In this document: in pieces, positions 39,286 through 51,824 of the stretch
Position numbering within the stretch: the stretch's first letter is position 1
How the letters are laid out: each line of letters opens with the position of its first letter
Origin: Eledone cirrhosa
Taxonomy: Eukaryota
Reading direction: 5' to 3'
DNA: 64,000 bases
Assembly (NCBI GenBank): GCA_964016885.1
Contig: OZ024745.1
Coordinates: 15,066,001 to 15,130,000, forward strand
Notes under the pieces: model-generated
Databases searched by the model: none
The model's input: only the letters and a program-made list of their open reading frames with translations
What the model was told of the DNA's origin: nothing
Position numbers and translations under genes: made by a program

Positions 39286-40769
39286 CTGAAGAACAATTCC
39301 GCTTTCAAATTAGTAGACATACATGTTAACAATTAAATGTTATCATAAAAGTTTATGATGAACATGTAAAATATCTTTACATTATTCAGGATATAAATAT
39401 GTCATTAGGGATTCACACTTGTGGGAATTTGCGACGAAAACGTTTAATTTTATTTTACTTAAAAAACTTGTTTATATTTTATTATTAATATAATTATTTT
39501 AGGAACATTGATAACATCAATATATATTTAATGAAACATTAATTACATACTAGTTGTTGTATACATCTGAGACGCAAGGATGAAGTTAGAATCCGTCAGA
39601 CAAAAGACTTAGTTATTTTTTTAATTCTTATTTGTTTATCTAATATTTCAAAGTTATTTTCTATTCAGTATATTTCAAAGTTGTGTTGTATCCAGTAGTT
39701 TATATCAATGGATCGTATCACAGTCGTACGCACTTGATAAAACCACATAAACAAATATTATTTGAACACATCTAAATTATCTCTAATTCTACAATAATTC
39801 CATATTAGCAGAAACATTACGGAAGTGACATTCCTTGTTCTAAGTAAACTCATATGTCATATATAGAAATAGATATGGTATTGGTGAAAATACCCCAATG
39901 AAACTTATAAAATAGGGTATAATGAACTAACTCCAAACTTAAAGAATAATTTAGGAAAAAAATAAATAAATAAACAATATCGATCGACTGAAATTATTCG
40001 AACCAAATTATTCACGATCGATACAATTTGTTATCTATATATAACATAAGAGTTTTACTCGCTCACTCCACTGTTTAATAGTTTTCTCTTTTTTTCTGTT
40101 TCTCTATTGATCAATAAGGGCGTTGGTATTCATTTGAAAGTGTGCAAATCGATAGTTAATTGCATGGCTGGGATTGTGTATTTCTTTATCCACAAGCAGA
40201 GAGAAGTTTACAATAATAGTAGACGTTATAAAGGCAAAACATATTTAAGAAGAAATTATAATTATGTTCCATTGTAATGATGTAACGGCTTCCAAAGAGC
40301 TTCAATAACATTATTCTAACGCAGATATAATTCTAAAGACAGGATGTGATATTGTTTTATTTTTTATTATTTAGAGTCAAACTGTATTCTAATATTTCTA
40401 TACCGGAATAAACGCACATTAACATTAGATTGTTTTTTCTACTTTGCTGAAACACAGGGCTATGACAACATAATAGCAGTAATGCAAATGTTAAGAAGAA
40501 TGTTGTTTAGATGTGTTAGTATGCTGGGGTATATCAGATAACATCATCCTTCTATACTAGGAGTCGGTATTCATCTAGCACCTAATTGTAGTTAAAAGTT
40601 TCAAGCAATTATTAATTATGAATTGGTAATATTTGTCCGAAACTAATGCTATTTAATCAATCAGACGAGATTTAAAAATAGTTCTTTATAAATTAGTTCA
40701 AATTTATAAATCACTAGTCACTAAACTCAAAGAAGAACACATATAACTACTAAACTATTTAAGATAATC

Positions 40770-40798
40770 CTTCTCTCTCTCTCACTCTCTCTCTCTCA

Positions 40799-40867
<69 letters not shown>

Positions 40868-40898
40868 ACTCTCTCTCTTTCTCGCTCTCTCTTTCTTT
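40770..40898. repeat. (CT)n microsatellite
   Basis: Direct reading. Confidence 0.9.
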
Positions 40899-42090
40899 AT
40901 AATAATAATAATGAAATTATTGTGTACAGTGCTCAGGTGCACTACAACTCATCAAAGGTTCATGTATAGAACATAGAATAATATACAAATGCCAGAGAAG
41001 TGAATAGTGTACGAGTCATGATATACATGTCTGCGTGTGTATGGAAGGGAATATCAGGTGATGTATTGGCGAATCTCAGGAAGCATGGAGGTTTTAAAGG
41101 ATGCAGTGTCTCGACAGCTAACAACTGATGCAGGTAGTTTGTTCCATGGAGGTTTTAAGAGATGCAGTGTCTCGACAGCTAATAACTGATGCAGGTAGTT
41201 TGTTCCATGGAGGTTTTAAAGGATGCAGTGTCTCGACAGCTAATAACTGATGCAGATAGTTTGTTCCATGGAGGTTTTAAAGGATGTAGTGTCTCGACAG
41301 CTAACAACTGATGCAGGTAGTTTGTTCCATGGAGGTTTTAAAGGATGCAGTGTCTCGACTGCTAATAACTGATGCACGTAGTTTGTTCCATGGCGGTTTT
41401 AAAGGATGTAGTGTCTCGACAGCTAATAACTGATGCAGGTAGTTTGTTCCATGGAGGTTTTAAAGGATGCAGTGTCTCGACAGCTAATAACTGATGCAGA
41501 TAGTTTGTTCCATGGAGGTTTTAAAGGATGTAGTGTCTCGACAGCTAACAACTGATGCAGGTAGTTTGTTCCATGGAGGTTTTAAAGGATGCAGTGTCTG
41601 GACAGCTAACAACTGATGCAGGTAGTTTGTTCCATGGAGGTTTTAAAGGATGTAGTGTCTCGACAGCTAACAACTGATGCAGGTAGTTTGTTCCATGGAG
41701 GTTTTAAAGGATGCAGTGTCTCGACTGCTAATAACTGATGCAGGTAGTTTGTTCCATGGAGGTTTTAAAGGATGCAGTGTCTCCACAGCTAACAACTGAT
41801 GCAGGTAGTTTGTTCCATGGAGGTTTTAAAGGATTCAGTATCTCGACAGCTTACAACTGATGCAGGTAGTTTGTTCCATGGAGGTTTTAAAGGATACAGT
41901 GTCTCGACAGCTAACAGCTGATGCAGGTAGTTTGTTCCATGGAGGTTTTAAAGGATGCAGTGTCTCCACAGCTAACAACTGATGCAGGTAGTTTGTTCCA
42001 TGCTTCAACAACGTAAACAAAATGTTTCCGAAAGTCATGGGAGCTGTTTTCTGACTTTCTGTACATTTGACCATGATATAATTAGACATA
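40899..42090 (-). mobile_element. CR1/L2-group LINE 3' end with internal tandem amplification
   Basis: Minus strand ..HDFRKHF..EAWNKLPASVVSCRDTASFKTSMLPEIRQ, a WNxLP..F motif typical of the CR1-group ORF2 C-terminus; (TTA)n tail. Confidence 0.72.
41084..42002. repeat. 61-bp minisatellite, ~15 copies, derived from LINE ORF2 end
   Basis: Unit catggaggttttaaaggatgcagtgtctcgacagctaacaactgatgcaggtagtttgttc. Confidence 0.95.
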
Positions 42091-43089
42091 TGATTTTAAA
42101 ATACAATCATTTTTTCATGTTTATTCTTAATACCTGACCAACAATTAACACCAGCACATGGGTACCGTTGGCTACCCTTAGTTGAGTCCACTGTGTCGCC
42201 AGAAATCGGTCCTGATCACTGGTATGATAACTTCATCCATACCCGTAATAAGTTCCGAAAAAACTGCAAAACGTCAAAGCCGTCCCACTTTATTCCTCTG
42301 ATTAACTCAAAGAAATATTACTATCTACTAACTTCCTTTTGAAACACACTTCCTATTTGGGCAGAAGGCAAACAAGAAAACAAACAGCTTTCATCATTCC
42401 GAATTTTGTAAATTATTCAGTTGAAGAACTAATGGCTCATTTTAGCCAGACAATGTGTATTCCTTTATGATTCCTCATATATATTTTAAGTTTGATAACC
42501 TGAAGACAAAGGGATCCGTATCTATTCAACATCCTTTACTGAGAAAAGTGAACTTTATTTACATGCTAGCATTAAATCCTTCTAACTGTACATGGACTAC
42601 ATTACCGATAGCTATAACTAATGCAGTACTCCCATATTGCTTTATATTTACAGATATCAAAGTTCAGATGATAAAGAACCTTCATGATAACTTTAACAGG
42701 GTCGCTCTAAAGGAAATTTACAATTTATCTAAAGTGGCATCCAATTGCTGTTAAACATTAACGTTATCTTTACTGAGCTCACTTTTTCTGAAGCGGATAT
42801 TTATTTCCTGTAAAGAAACATCAAACTGAAACCTTGAGATAACTGCATCAATAAATGTTATATGTTGATTTGTTTATGAAATGTGGCAAACAAAATGTGT
42901 AGGTATCAGGATAGAGGTATCGGAGAGAAGATAAGATATATATCGTAATATCCTTGCCTTTCTAAATACATTATTCGGAAACCGATATTGTTTCATCGAG
43001 CATAGCATATTGAATAAAATATTGGTTTCATTTTAACTAGACATTAACATTTGAAGGAAAAAGAAATGTTTCATTTTTCAAATATTTAT

Positions 43090-43200
43090 GGTGGTCGTGA
43101 GTTGAAATTCCGCCGAGAACTTTGCCTTTCATCATTCCCGGGGTCCATGAAATAAAATACCAGTCAAATACTAGAAAGATTTAATCGATTTAATCGATTT
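43090..43200 (+). mobile_element. SINE fragment
   Basis: gagttgaaattccgccgag..ctttgcctttcatc..ggggtc..aaaataccag. Confidence 0.7.
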
Positions 43201-43399
43201 ACTCCAGACCCCAAATTGAGAATGAGAAATTTAATGAGCAGGAGAAATTATACATATTTTAAAGGTATTAATTGGAATAAGTATTTCGATTTCACTCTCC
43301 TTTCAGTTGTTTGGATGGATGGGCGTTAGCTAAACAGTTATAACAATAGTACCGGATGGTTGAATACAGTTTAGCGGCATTTACATCAATTAGTGGTGT

Positions 43400-43590
43400 T
43401 GAAATAATGGGGTTTTGTTCCATTGTGACATCAATGGGGTTGAACCAAGGGAATGGTAAAAGGCCAGACGGCATGACAATCTTCTCGTTCGGTGCAGGTA
43501 GCCTACTCCTACCTCATTTGGGATGCCATATGTTGTGACATTTTCTCTAGCGGCAATCTGGTAGGTTCGGCTACCTGCACAGGCTTCTCT
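43400..43590 (+). mobile_element. Degraded RLE endonuclease fragment, CRE-like non-LTR element
   Basis: GL..GNGKRPDGMTIFSF..G..L.WD..C pattern. Confidence 0.5.
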
Positions 43591-44167
43591 GCCCGAAACT
43601 GTTTAAGTGTGTTTAATTGATATGAGCTAGTGTCATACAACAATCAATGTTGATTGAATGTTAGTGGTAGTTGAATAAATACAGATTAGTGTCTTGGAAG
43701 GAAGGAAATATTATTTAGTGAGTATAGCTAAAGTCAGTTGTGTTTGTCATAAAACTAAGCAGGGCCAGTTACGAGATATTAACCTTATTGATATACATGT
43801 GTTGTTGTTATTGTCACTGATGCTGGAGTTGCCTTCCTCTTGTTAATGGTGGTGGTAGTTGAAACTGCTATATATTCGGGCTGCCAGGCTGGTTGCTGGG
43901 GATCGAATGGCTTCTTTCAACGAGGATGCGGGCTCGTAGTTATTGTCACTGTTGCTGTCGTTGCCTTCCTCTTGTTAATGGTAGTGTTAATTGATGGTGC
44001 TACCTATATAGGCTGTCAAGCTGGCTGCTGTATCAGCTTCTGTGAGTGACGCTCCAATGGGCTTTTTGATCGAAGATGCGGGTCAATGGCTTTCGGCATC
44101 ATTTAGCAGCACAACGACACATCTCTAGATCTCAGTACTAAATATTAGGAGGGTCAACTGAGATGTG

Positions 44168-44341
44168 CTAAACAAGATACTCTCATGGAATGGCCAAATG
44201 AGGTTTATTTTTCAACATAGTCCCTGGAAAGAAAAAAATGCGGCTTTTATAAGAATATTTGAAATTAATGTATGCGAGATTTCACAGCTCAAGCATCACT
44301 CCTTCATAGTCAGCCTATGAACTTTTCATTCGACCCTCCTA
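44168..44341 (+). mobile_element. Mariner-like MITE, partial
   Basis: Shares catggaatgg..tttatttttcaacatagt and terminal catagtcagcctatgaacttttca..ccctc with 57294 and 59755 copies. Confidence 0.65.
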
Positions 44342-44702
44342 CGTAAATCTAGATGAATATTGAAACAAAGATCAAACTAAAATTGTCGCGAATTTTCCTC
44401 TAGAGTTATGAGTGCTGCAATTAGTATATACATCAAAATATTGACATAACATATATATCAACGGTAGTACTGATTTTTTCAGTCAAGTAATATAACCAAA
44501 TGAATTATTTATTTGCTTATTATATCAAAGCAACTGTAGACAAATAAATGACGAGAGTATATGCATAATATATATTCAATGTGTTTGTTTGTGTGTATGT
44601 GTGTGGGTCTATGTACATATAAACATATATACATACATATATACATATGTATTCATATATATATATATATATTTATGTAATAAACAACATAAGGCAAATT
44701 AT

Positions 44703-44761
44703 TTCATTTACCAGTGGTTTCTTGAAAGCAAACAAATTTTGCTTTCAATCATCAGAATGAA
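44703..44761 (-). ncRNA. Type I hammerhead ribozyme in Naiad pLTR
   Basis: ttcatt-CTGATGA-ttgaaagcaaa atttg tttgctttcaa-GAAA-ccactgg-TA-aatgaa; perfect helix I and 11-bp helix II. Confidence 0.9.
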
Positions 44762-45064
44762 AAAATCCTGGTGTATTTATTGACATTGGATTTTAAAAAC
44801 AAAAATATAATCTATATGAAAGTGAGGCTGGAAAAGGAAGAAGGAAAGGAAAAATAAACACACATGCGCACACACACACACAATTACATACACACACATA
44901 TATATACATACACATATATATACATACACATACACATATATATATACATACACATATACATACATATACATACGTACAAATACACATACATATACATACA
45001 TACACACATATATCAACATATCCATAATACGCATACACACAAATACACAAACACACACACACAC

Positions 45065-45117
<53 letters not shown>

Positions 45118-45125
45118 TATATACA

Positions 45126-45165
<40 letters not shown>

Positions 45166-45673
45166 CACATAATCATACATATATACACACGTACATACAC
45201 ACACATACACACATATATACACGCATACATACGCATACACAAATATATATATATGTACACACACACCTACATATGCACACACACAATTAATTATAAGAAA
45301 AAATATAATAATAAAAATACCGTCACATAAGAATAAAAAATAAATGTACAAATTATTATAAAGTTGACAGCGATACAGGCAACAAATAAATGAACACGTG
45401 GTAAGCAATACACACAATTGCATATACACATACATACAAAAATAAATACATACACACACACACATACATATACATATACACATACATAGACATACACATA
45501 TACATACACACATACACATATATATATATATATATATACACATATATATATACATACATATATACACACACATACATATAAATTCATACACACACATGTA
45601 TGTGTGTAAAACTCATTCTTAGATGTATTCATTGAACCTTGTTTAACTCTTAAATATATATATATATACACAT

Positions 45674-45724
<51 letters not shown>

Positions 45725-45818
45725 AAAATACATAAATATTATATATATATATATATAAAAAAATAAAAAGGTGAAAGGGGTAAACAAATAGTTGGGAATA
45801 CGACAAATAATAAATAAA

Positions 45819-46559
45819 TAAACGGAAAAAATGAAACGATATTTCATTTCCCACTCTTAGTACGGCTGTTACTTAAATATAAGTATGTACACGTACATAC
45901 ATATATGTATACCGACGTACAGTAGTATGTATATATATATATATACATACATGCACACATATATATATGCACGTATGGATTCACCGAACATTTATTATAA
46001 TGCTCGGTGTGTTTTGTAAACAAAAATCCCGTATTAAGCCGTAAGTGTCTAGCAACCACCGTTGCTCGTTTGTTCTACACTGACAACGGCTGTACGTCGG
46101 TATACATATATGTATGTACGTGTACATACTTATATTTAAGTAACAGCAGTACTAAGAGTGGGAAATGAAATATCGTTTCATTTTTTCCGTTTATCGTTTT
46201 CGGTGCACCCGGCCGCTTAACCCACTCGATATGCAAATTGGGCTACTCAGCCGTTGATATGCATAAGGTAAGTATATACGTTCAACAATCTGGCAGGAAG
46301 GTATACGTTGCTGACGATAGCTAACAAGCTTGAAACTAGTACAGCGTTCCTTTGTCAGTGTTGAACAAACGAGCAACGGTGGTTGCTAGACACTACGGCT
46401 TAATACGGGATGTTTGTTTACAAAACACACCGAGCATTATAATAAATGTTCGGTGAATCCATACGTGCATATATATATGTGTGCATGTATGTATACATAT
46501 ATATATACATACTACTGTACGTCGGTATACATATATGTATGTACGTGTACATACTTATA
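45819..46559. mobile_element. Family A fold-back insertion (inverted partial arm 45819-46086 + ~1.1 plus-sense monomer) inside the Naiad 3' UTR
   Basis: Arms are reverse complements; homologous to 6305-7168; flanked by (TAAA)n. Confidence 0.87.
46305..46347 (+). ncRNA. Minimal type I hammerhead ribozyme (family A)
   Basis: acgttg-CTGACGA-t agct aaca agct t-GAAA-ctag-TA-cagcgt. Confidence 0.85.
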
Positions 46560-47094
46560 AATAAATAAATAAATAATCAGAAAAGGGTATAAATGTTTAT
46601 ATCTGATTTAGAGCACTCAAAAAGTTCCTGGAGCAAATGATCAATGAAAATAAGCATTAAATCACTGTATGTAATTATGCATATACATACACATACATAT
46701 ATACATATACATATATATATATACACACACAGACACACACACAACCATACAAATATACACACATATACATACATAAACATACATATACATATATATATAC
46801 ATATAGGACAAAGTATGACCCTGATGGCAGAGCTCAAGCCGTTTCGGAGGCTACTATATATATACACACACATAAACAATTATATAAAAATACACATATA
46901 CACACACCCACACATATCTACAAAAAGTTACGTCACCATCTTAATAAAGATACACACACACAAATATAAAAGCACACACACACATATATATACACACACA
47001 CACAAATACAACAGAAGCATATAAAATACAATTATATACACACATACATATACATACAGATATATATAATTATATATACACATACATATACATA

Positions 47095-47132
<38 letters not shown>

Positions 47133-47379
47133 TATACACATATATACACATATACGCAACACACACACACACACACACACAGAAATAAATATCTAAAAAT
47201 AAAAAAGGTGGGTATGTAAAGGGTAAGGTAGAAAGTAGGGGCGAATAATGAAAATAAATACATAGGAAAAGGTTTAAATATAAGGGGAGATAAGGGAGAA
47301 AAAGAATATAAGAGTACAGAAAGTGAGTTCAGAAGGTAAAAAAATCGTAGTGGATGTAAGGCGTAGAGAGCAGAGAAGT

Positions 47380-49179
47380 TCAAGGTGGTTGAGTCATCGT
47401 AGGAATGTCAATCCAGTTACAGATCAGATGTGATTTCAGGTGAGGACAACATCTGAAGATCTCGGTCTTGGAGTTCAGGCAAGTTGAGGTGGCTTTCAAG
47501 TTTTGTAAAATCCTAAATTTTTCAGTGGTACACAAAGAACACTACTTTGTGCCCCTTTGGTACTCCCTCGAATGGTCTAAAATAGACCAATCGATAGAGT
47601 ACGGTATGTTTTTATCCTTGAATTCCCACACCTTATTTGCGAGAGCCGTTGCTGTTCTTTTATCGGAGTGTTTAAAAGAAGCTACATGTGCATTAAACCT
47701 GCTTTTAAACCTGTCCTGAGTCATGCCAAGATATCGTTCACTCATGGCTGGCTGGTTGTTAATTAAAGGTGTTACTGTGGCCTCATATACAACGGATTTG
47801 GTGTTACATTTGCCCTGTAATGGGCATTCATCAGGCTTCCTGCAACTGCATCCTGGATTTATTCTCGTACGATTAGAATTAGTGATTTTAGACTCCATTG
47901 ATGAGCAGCAAGATTTTAACTACATTTCTCTTAAATATCTTATAATATCTATGATTAGGAGGAAAATGTTTGTCTAAGACGTCAAGGAATTTCCTTCCTA
48001 CATTAGTTTTGAAAGTTAGAGAGAAGGGGGGTGTAAACCAAATAATTTTCCTTTTCCTTTTATTGTGGTTAGTTTTAGGGGGAGGAGTAGGTAAATAATT
48101 AATGTGTTCTGTAAATCCGCTGTTATTACGGGCTTTATTATAATAAGGGGCGGCTTTATTAAAAATGTCTAGAGACGAAGATAAGGTAGAAATCCTACGG
48201 CTAATGTTGGGAATAAGATTTTTAAAAACTATAGGCGGATTGCAAGACTCTTTGTGGATATATCTAAGATGTTCGTTAGGTTTATGATAAGGTTTAAAAG
48301 AGGCAGTAAGTAGATCAAGATTAATGTCAAGAAAGTTAGCATTGGTAAGGTTCGTAGCTATAGTAATTTTAAGGTTAAGATTAGCAAAAGTATTGATTAA
48401 ATCTTTACGGAATTTATCAAGGTTATGGCCGTTGGTTGTATGAGAAACTGCCAATCCGTCGTCACGGTATAAACCGATATTATGGGAAGAAAATGTCTCT
48501 TTGAAGGTGTGGAGAAGGAATAATCCTACTAAGTCACACACATCCGCACTGTCATATGAACCCATTGTAACATCAAAAGAGTTTTCAGGGTTTGACTTTT
48601 TAACCCAAATACTTTCATTAGTAAAGAGTAGAGTTTTTCTAGCATGAAAGATAATGTCTTCTTCTAATTTAGAAATATTAATGAAGGGTCTTGTAAAATC
48701 TAAGGCTTTAGTTAATAAGGAAACGGTAACAGCGGGGTAAAAATCAACAATATCAAATTGGGTAAATCTACACTTATTTTTACCTTGTATATTATTAAAC
48801 CAAGAAATAACAGAGGATGTATTTAACCATTGTGATAAGTTAGTCTTAGTTCTAATTTGGAGAATTATTTTTCTTAAGATTTTTTTTACTTGCAAGGCCA
48901 ACTTAGGATTTAGACGGGTTAATCAGTCTACAAATAGGTCGATTAGTATAGTCTAATTTATGGTCTTTAAAGGTAGTATATTCTTTACGTTTAGCTAGGC
49001 TTTCAATCCGGTTGTCTATTTTTAAAGAACTAGCTAGTTCTTTAGCTTCTTTATTAATAGTATTGTAGGTGTTATTATTAGTTAATTGATATTTGTTGGT
49101 GATACTATTAGTTAAAAGTTGGTTATACAAAATACTATTAACTTCAAAGAGATTTTTAGTTTTATCGGAAAGAACAAAA
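47380..49179 (-). pseudogene. Naiad-type PLE RT + GIY-YIG endonuclease (disrupted, N-truncated)
   Basis: SDKT, KDHK..CRLINP, QFDIVDFYP, FDVTMGSYD, GLYRDDGL, NFLD, WFTPPFS; CSC..CPLQGKC, VVYEA..YLG, FKSRF..H, CSLC..EK, LNSKTE..CPH; stops TAA (48903) and TAG (47542), frameshifts near 48885 and 47910. Confidence 0.88.
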
Positions 49180-49282
49180 GTATATATGTGTGTATGTATG
49201 TGTGTGTATGTACGTGTGTATATATGTATGATTATGTGTATGTATATATATATATATATATATATAAATGTATATATATATA

Positions 49283-49361
<79 letters not shown>

Positions 49362-49500
49362 GTGTGTGTGTGTGTGTTTGTGTATTTGTGTGTATGTGTA
49401 TGTATGGATATGTTGATATATATGTGTGTATGTATGTATATGTATGTGTATGTGTACGTGTATGTATATGTGTATGTATGTATGTATATATATATATATA

Positions 49501-50110
49501 TGTCAGGTCACCAGTTGGTGCTACTGGTAACATGTATCCCAGTACAACCTGTCTCATGGTCGGGTCGTTGGCGACTAAACTGGCAACCCTACCAAGGTTT
49601 CCTGGTGAGGAGGGTGACTTTGGACATCCTGCAGGACTAAAAACAAAACCTGTCAAAGGGCAAAGGAGCTCTTAAGAGTCAATAGCCATCCAAAATCACT
49701 GGGAGAGATGACCCCTTAGCCTTTGTCAAGGCAGAATTCTAGGAGAAGGAAAACTCTGATATAACACCTGCAACCCTGATGGTATCCAATGATGTTGACT
49801 TGTTCTTCTTTTTGGTAAATATCATATTGGTTAAGAGAGTGGGACTGGCTTTGTGCAGTGCCTTTGCTCACTATAAAAGCTTCACAGCACAGGCATTGCT
49901 TTATATCTGGAGATCTCTCTGCACTTGTCATCACATGGTACCATGGGCCCTGCACTATGTGTCAATAATGGTCACAAGTGTAGTCTTTGTACCAGAGTTT
50001 TCAAGTCGCTGACTGGACTAAAAAGTCACATTCGTTCAGCGCATCGGTAGGGGTTCTCCTACATGGATATAAAGTAGTGGCCGTACTCGAAAACGAGTTG
50101 GCAGCCACCA
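49501..50110 (+). mobile_element. RTE-derived bipartite non-autonomous element inserted into (TA)n of the inverted pLTR
   Basis: Interrupts the inverted-repeat arm; 3' part encodes HKCSLCTRVFKSLTGLKSHIRSAHR* (C2H2, typical RTE ORF end); 5' part is UTR-like. Confidence 0.62.
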
Positions 50111-50300
50111 TATATATATATATATGTGTGTATATGTATGTATATATATGTGTATGTATATATATGTGTGTGTATGTAATTGTGTGTGTGTGTGTGCATG
50201 TGTGTTTATTTTTCCTTTCCTTCTTCCTTTTCCAGCCTCACTTTCATATAGATCATATATTTTTTTAAAAATCCAATGTCAATAAATACACCAGGATTTT

Positions 50301-50359
50301 TTCATTCTGATGATTGAAAGCAAAATTTGTTTGTTTTCAAGAAACCACTGGTAAATGAA
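50301..50359 (+). ncRNA. Type I hammerhead ribozyme in inverted Naiad pLTR
   Basis: ttcattCTGATGAttgaaagcaaaatttgtttgttttcaaGAAAccactggTAaatgaa; one G-C changed to G-U in helix II. Confidence 0.9.
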
Positions 50360-50453
50360 ATAATTGCCTTATGTTGTTTATTACATAACTATTAAGCTAT
50401 GTAACCTACATAGTGCACTCTTTTTTCCTGGACCTTTCCGACGGAATTACTTC

Positions 50454-50512
<59 letters not shown>

Positions 50513-50525
50513 AATATATATATAA

Positions 50526-50578
<53 letters not shown>

Positions 50579-50588
50579 TGTTACACAC

Positions 50589-50626
<38 letters not shown>

Positions 50627-50794
50627 GTAGATACGTAGGTGTAGGAGATTGTTAGGAACAAGTGTGAAAGTATGAGTAATAAATATTAGAAAGTATATTT
50701 CTACCTAAATCTATTTCTGTATATCTGTAACCAGTTTCTTGCAGACAACTTGTTAAGTCTATTCATATACGACCCACAAACCGACTGCTTTTAA

Positions 50795-50985
50795 ATAATT
50801 GTTTCTACTTTTGGCACAAGGCCAACAATTACCCGGTGCATTACTGGCACTTTATTTTATCGACCCCGTAAGGATGAAAGGCAAAGTCAACCTCGGCGGG
50901 ATTTGAACTCAGATCGTAAAGGGACGTAACTATGGTGGAAAGCATGGCGTCCGACCCTCTACCGATACTGCCAATCCACCACCAA
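50795..50985 (-). mobile_element. tRNA-derived SINE
   Basis: Very similar to 22772-22960. Confidence 0.85.
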
Positions 50986-51110
50986 TCCACTGCTTTCAAA
51001 TACTGGAATAGAAATATATCCACTATTTCAATACTTTACTATGAAATATCCATGTTTGTAAATGTTCTTACTTGTCAGTCACTTCGCTCTTTCTCCTCAT
51101 ATTTCTCACC

Positions 51111-51214
<104 letters not shown>

Positions 51215-51525
51215 TTACCACATGCCTCTGCACCTTCCTTTCTCTTTCTCTTTTATATACAAACTTCTATGCACATATTTTCAAAAGCATGTTTTACACT
51301 GTTATAAACTCTAGACTATTTACTTAATGTCGCTGCACATTATATAAGGAATGCAATATAGAATGCTAGCTAAGAAATTTCATTTCTGTTATATTTCTTA
51401 ATACATCAGTATGGTAGAAATAGCAGCAAGCTGGAATAATACAGTTTAATGTCCACTAACGTTGTTTATGTTCAGGGATCAGATTCTACATATATGATGA
51501 TATATTAAATGTAAAATGGTACATG

Positions 51526-51824
51526 CAGAGTTGGATTTAGACATAGGGTGGTCCAGAGCACTTCAGGTTTGGGGGTTCCCACATACACAAAGAATTAGAA
51601 TACACAGTAAACGCCTCAATTTAACATATCAGAGTTAGCTTGGTGCAAGTAATTGGAATTGAAGAGTTATACATACAGGTATTAAATTCAAAAATTCTCA
51701 CCATCCTAAAACTAAAAAGTCTTGCTAAGGGCACAAATATATTGCTACGTCTGCCGCTGGTGGGGCTCCCACTTCAAGGGGCCGGAGCTATTGCCCCCTT
51801 TGCTCTCCATTGAATCCAGCCCTG
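51526..51824. mobile_element. hAT-like MITE with 8-bp target site duplication
   Basis: GGTACATG at 51518-51525 and 51825-51832; imperfect TIRs cagagttggatt / aatccagccctg. Confidence 0.78.

Larger units (their letters stand above)
44673..50457 (-). mobile_element. Naiad-type Penelope-like element, 5'-truncated, with 3' pLTR (44673-45220) and inverted pLTR (49180-50457)
   Basis: RT + GIY-YIG ORF; 44673-45220 is the reverse complement of 49180-49500 plus 50110-50388; a hammerhead in each arm; (TA)n flanks. Confidence 0.85.

Noticed and set aside
46818-46856. CTGATGG..gtttcgg / ccGAAAcgg motif in the Naiad 3' UTR
   Set aside because: The two core halves lie on opposite strands, so no complete hammerhead can be drawn
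47380-49179. Selenocysteine recoding, known in some Naiad elements
   Set aside because: Internal stops are TAA and TAG, not TGA; cysteine positions use TGT/TGC; no SECIS recognised by eye
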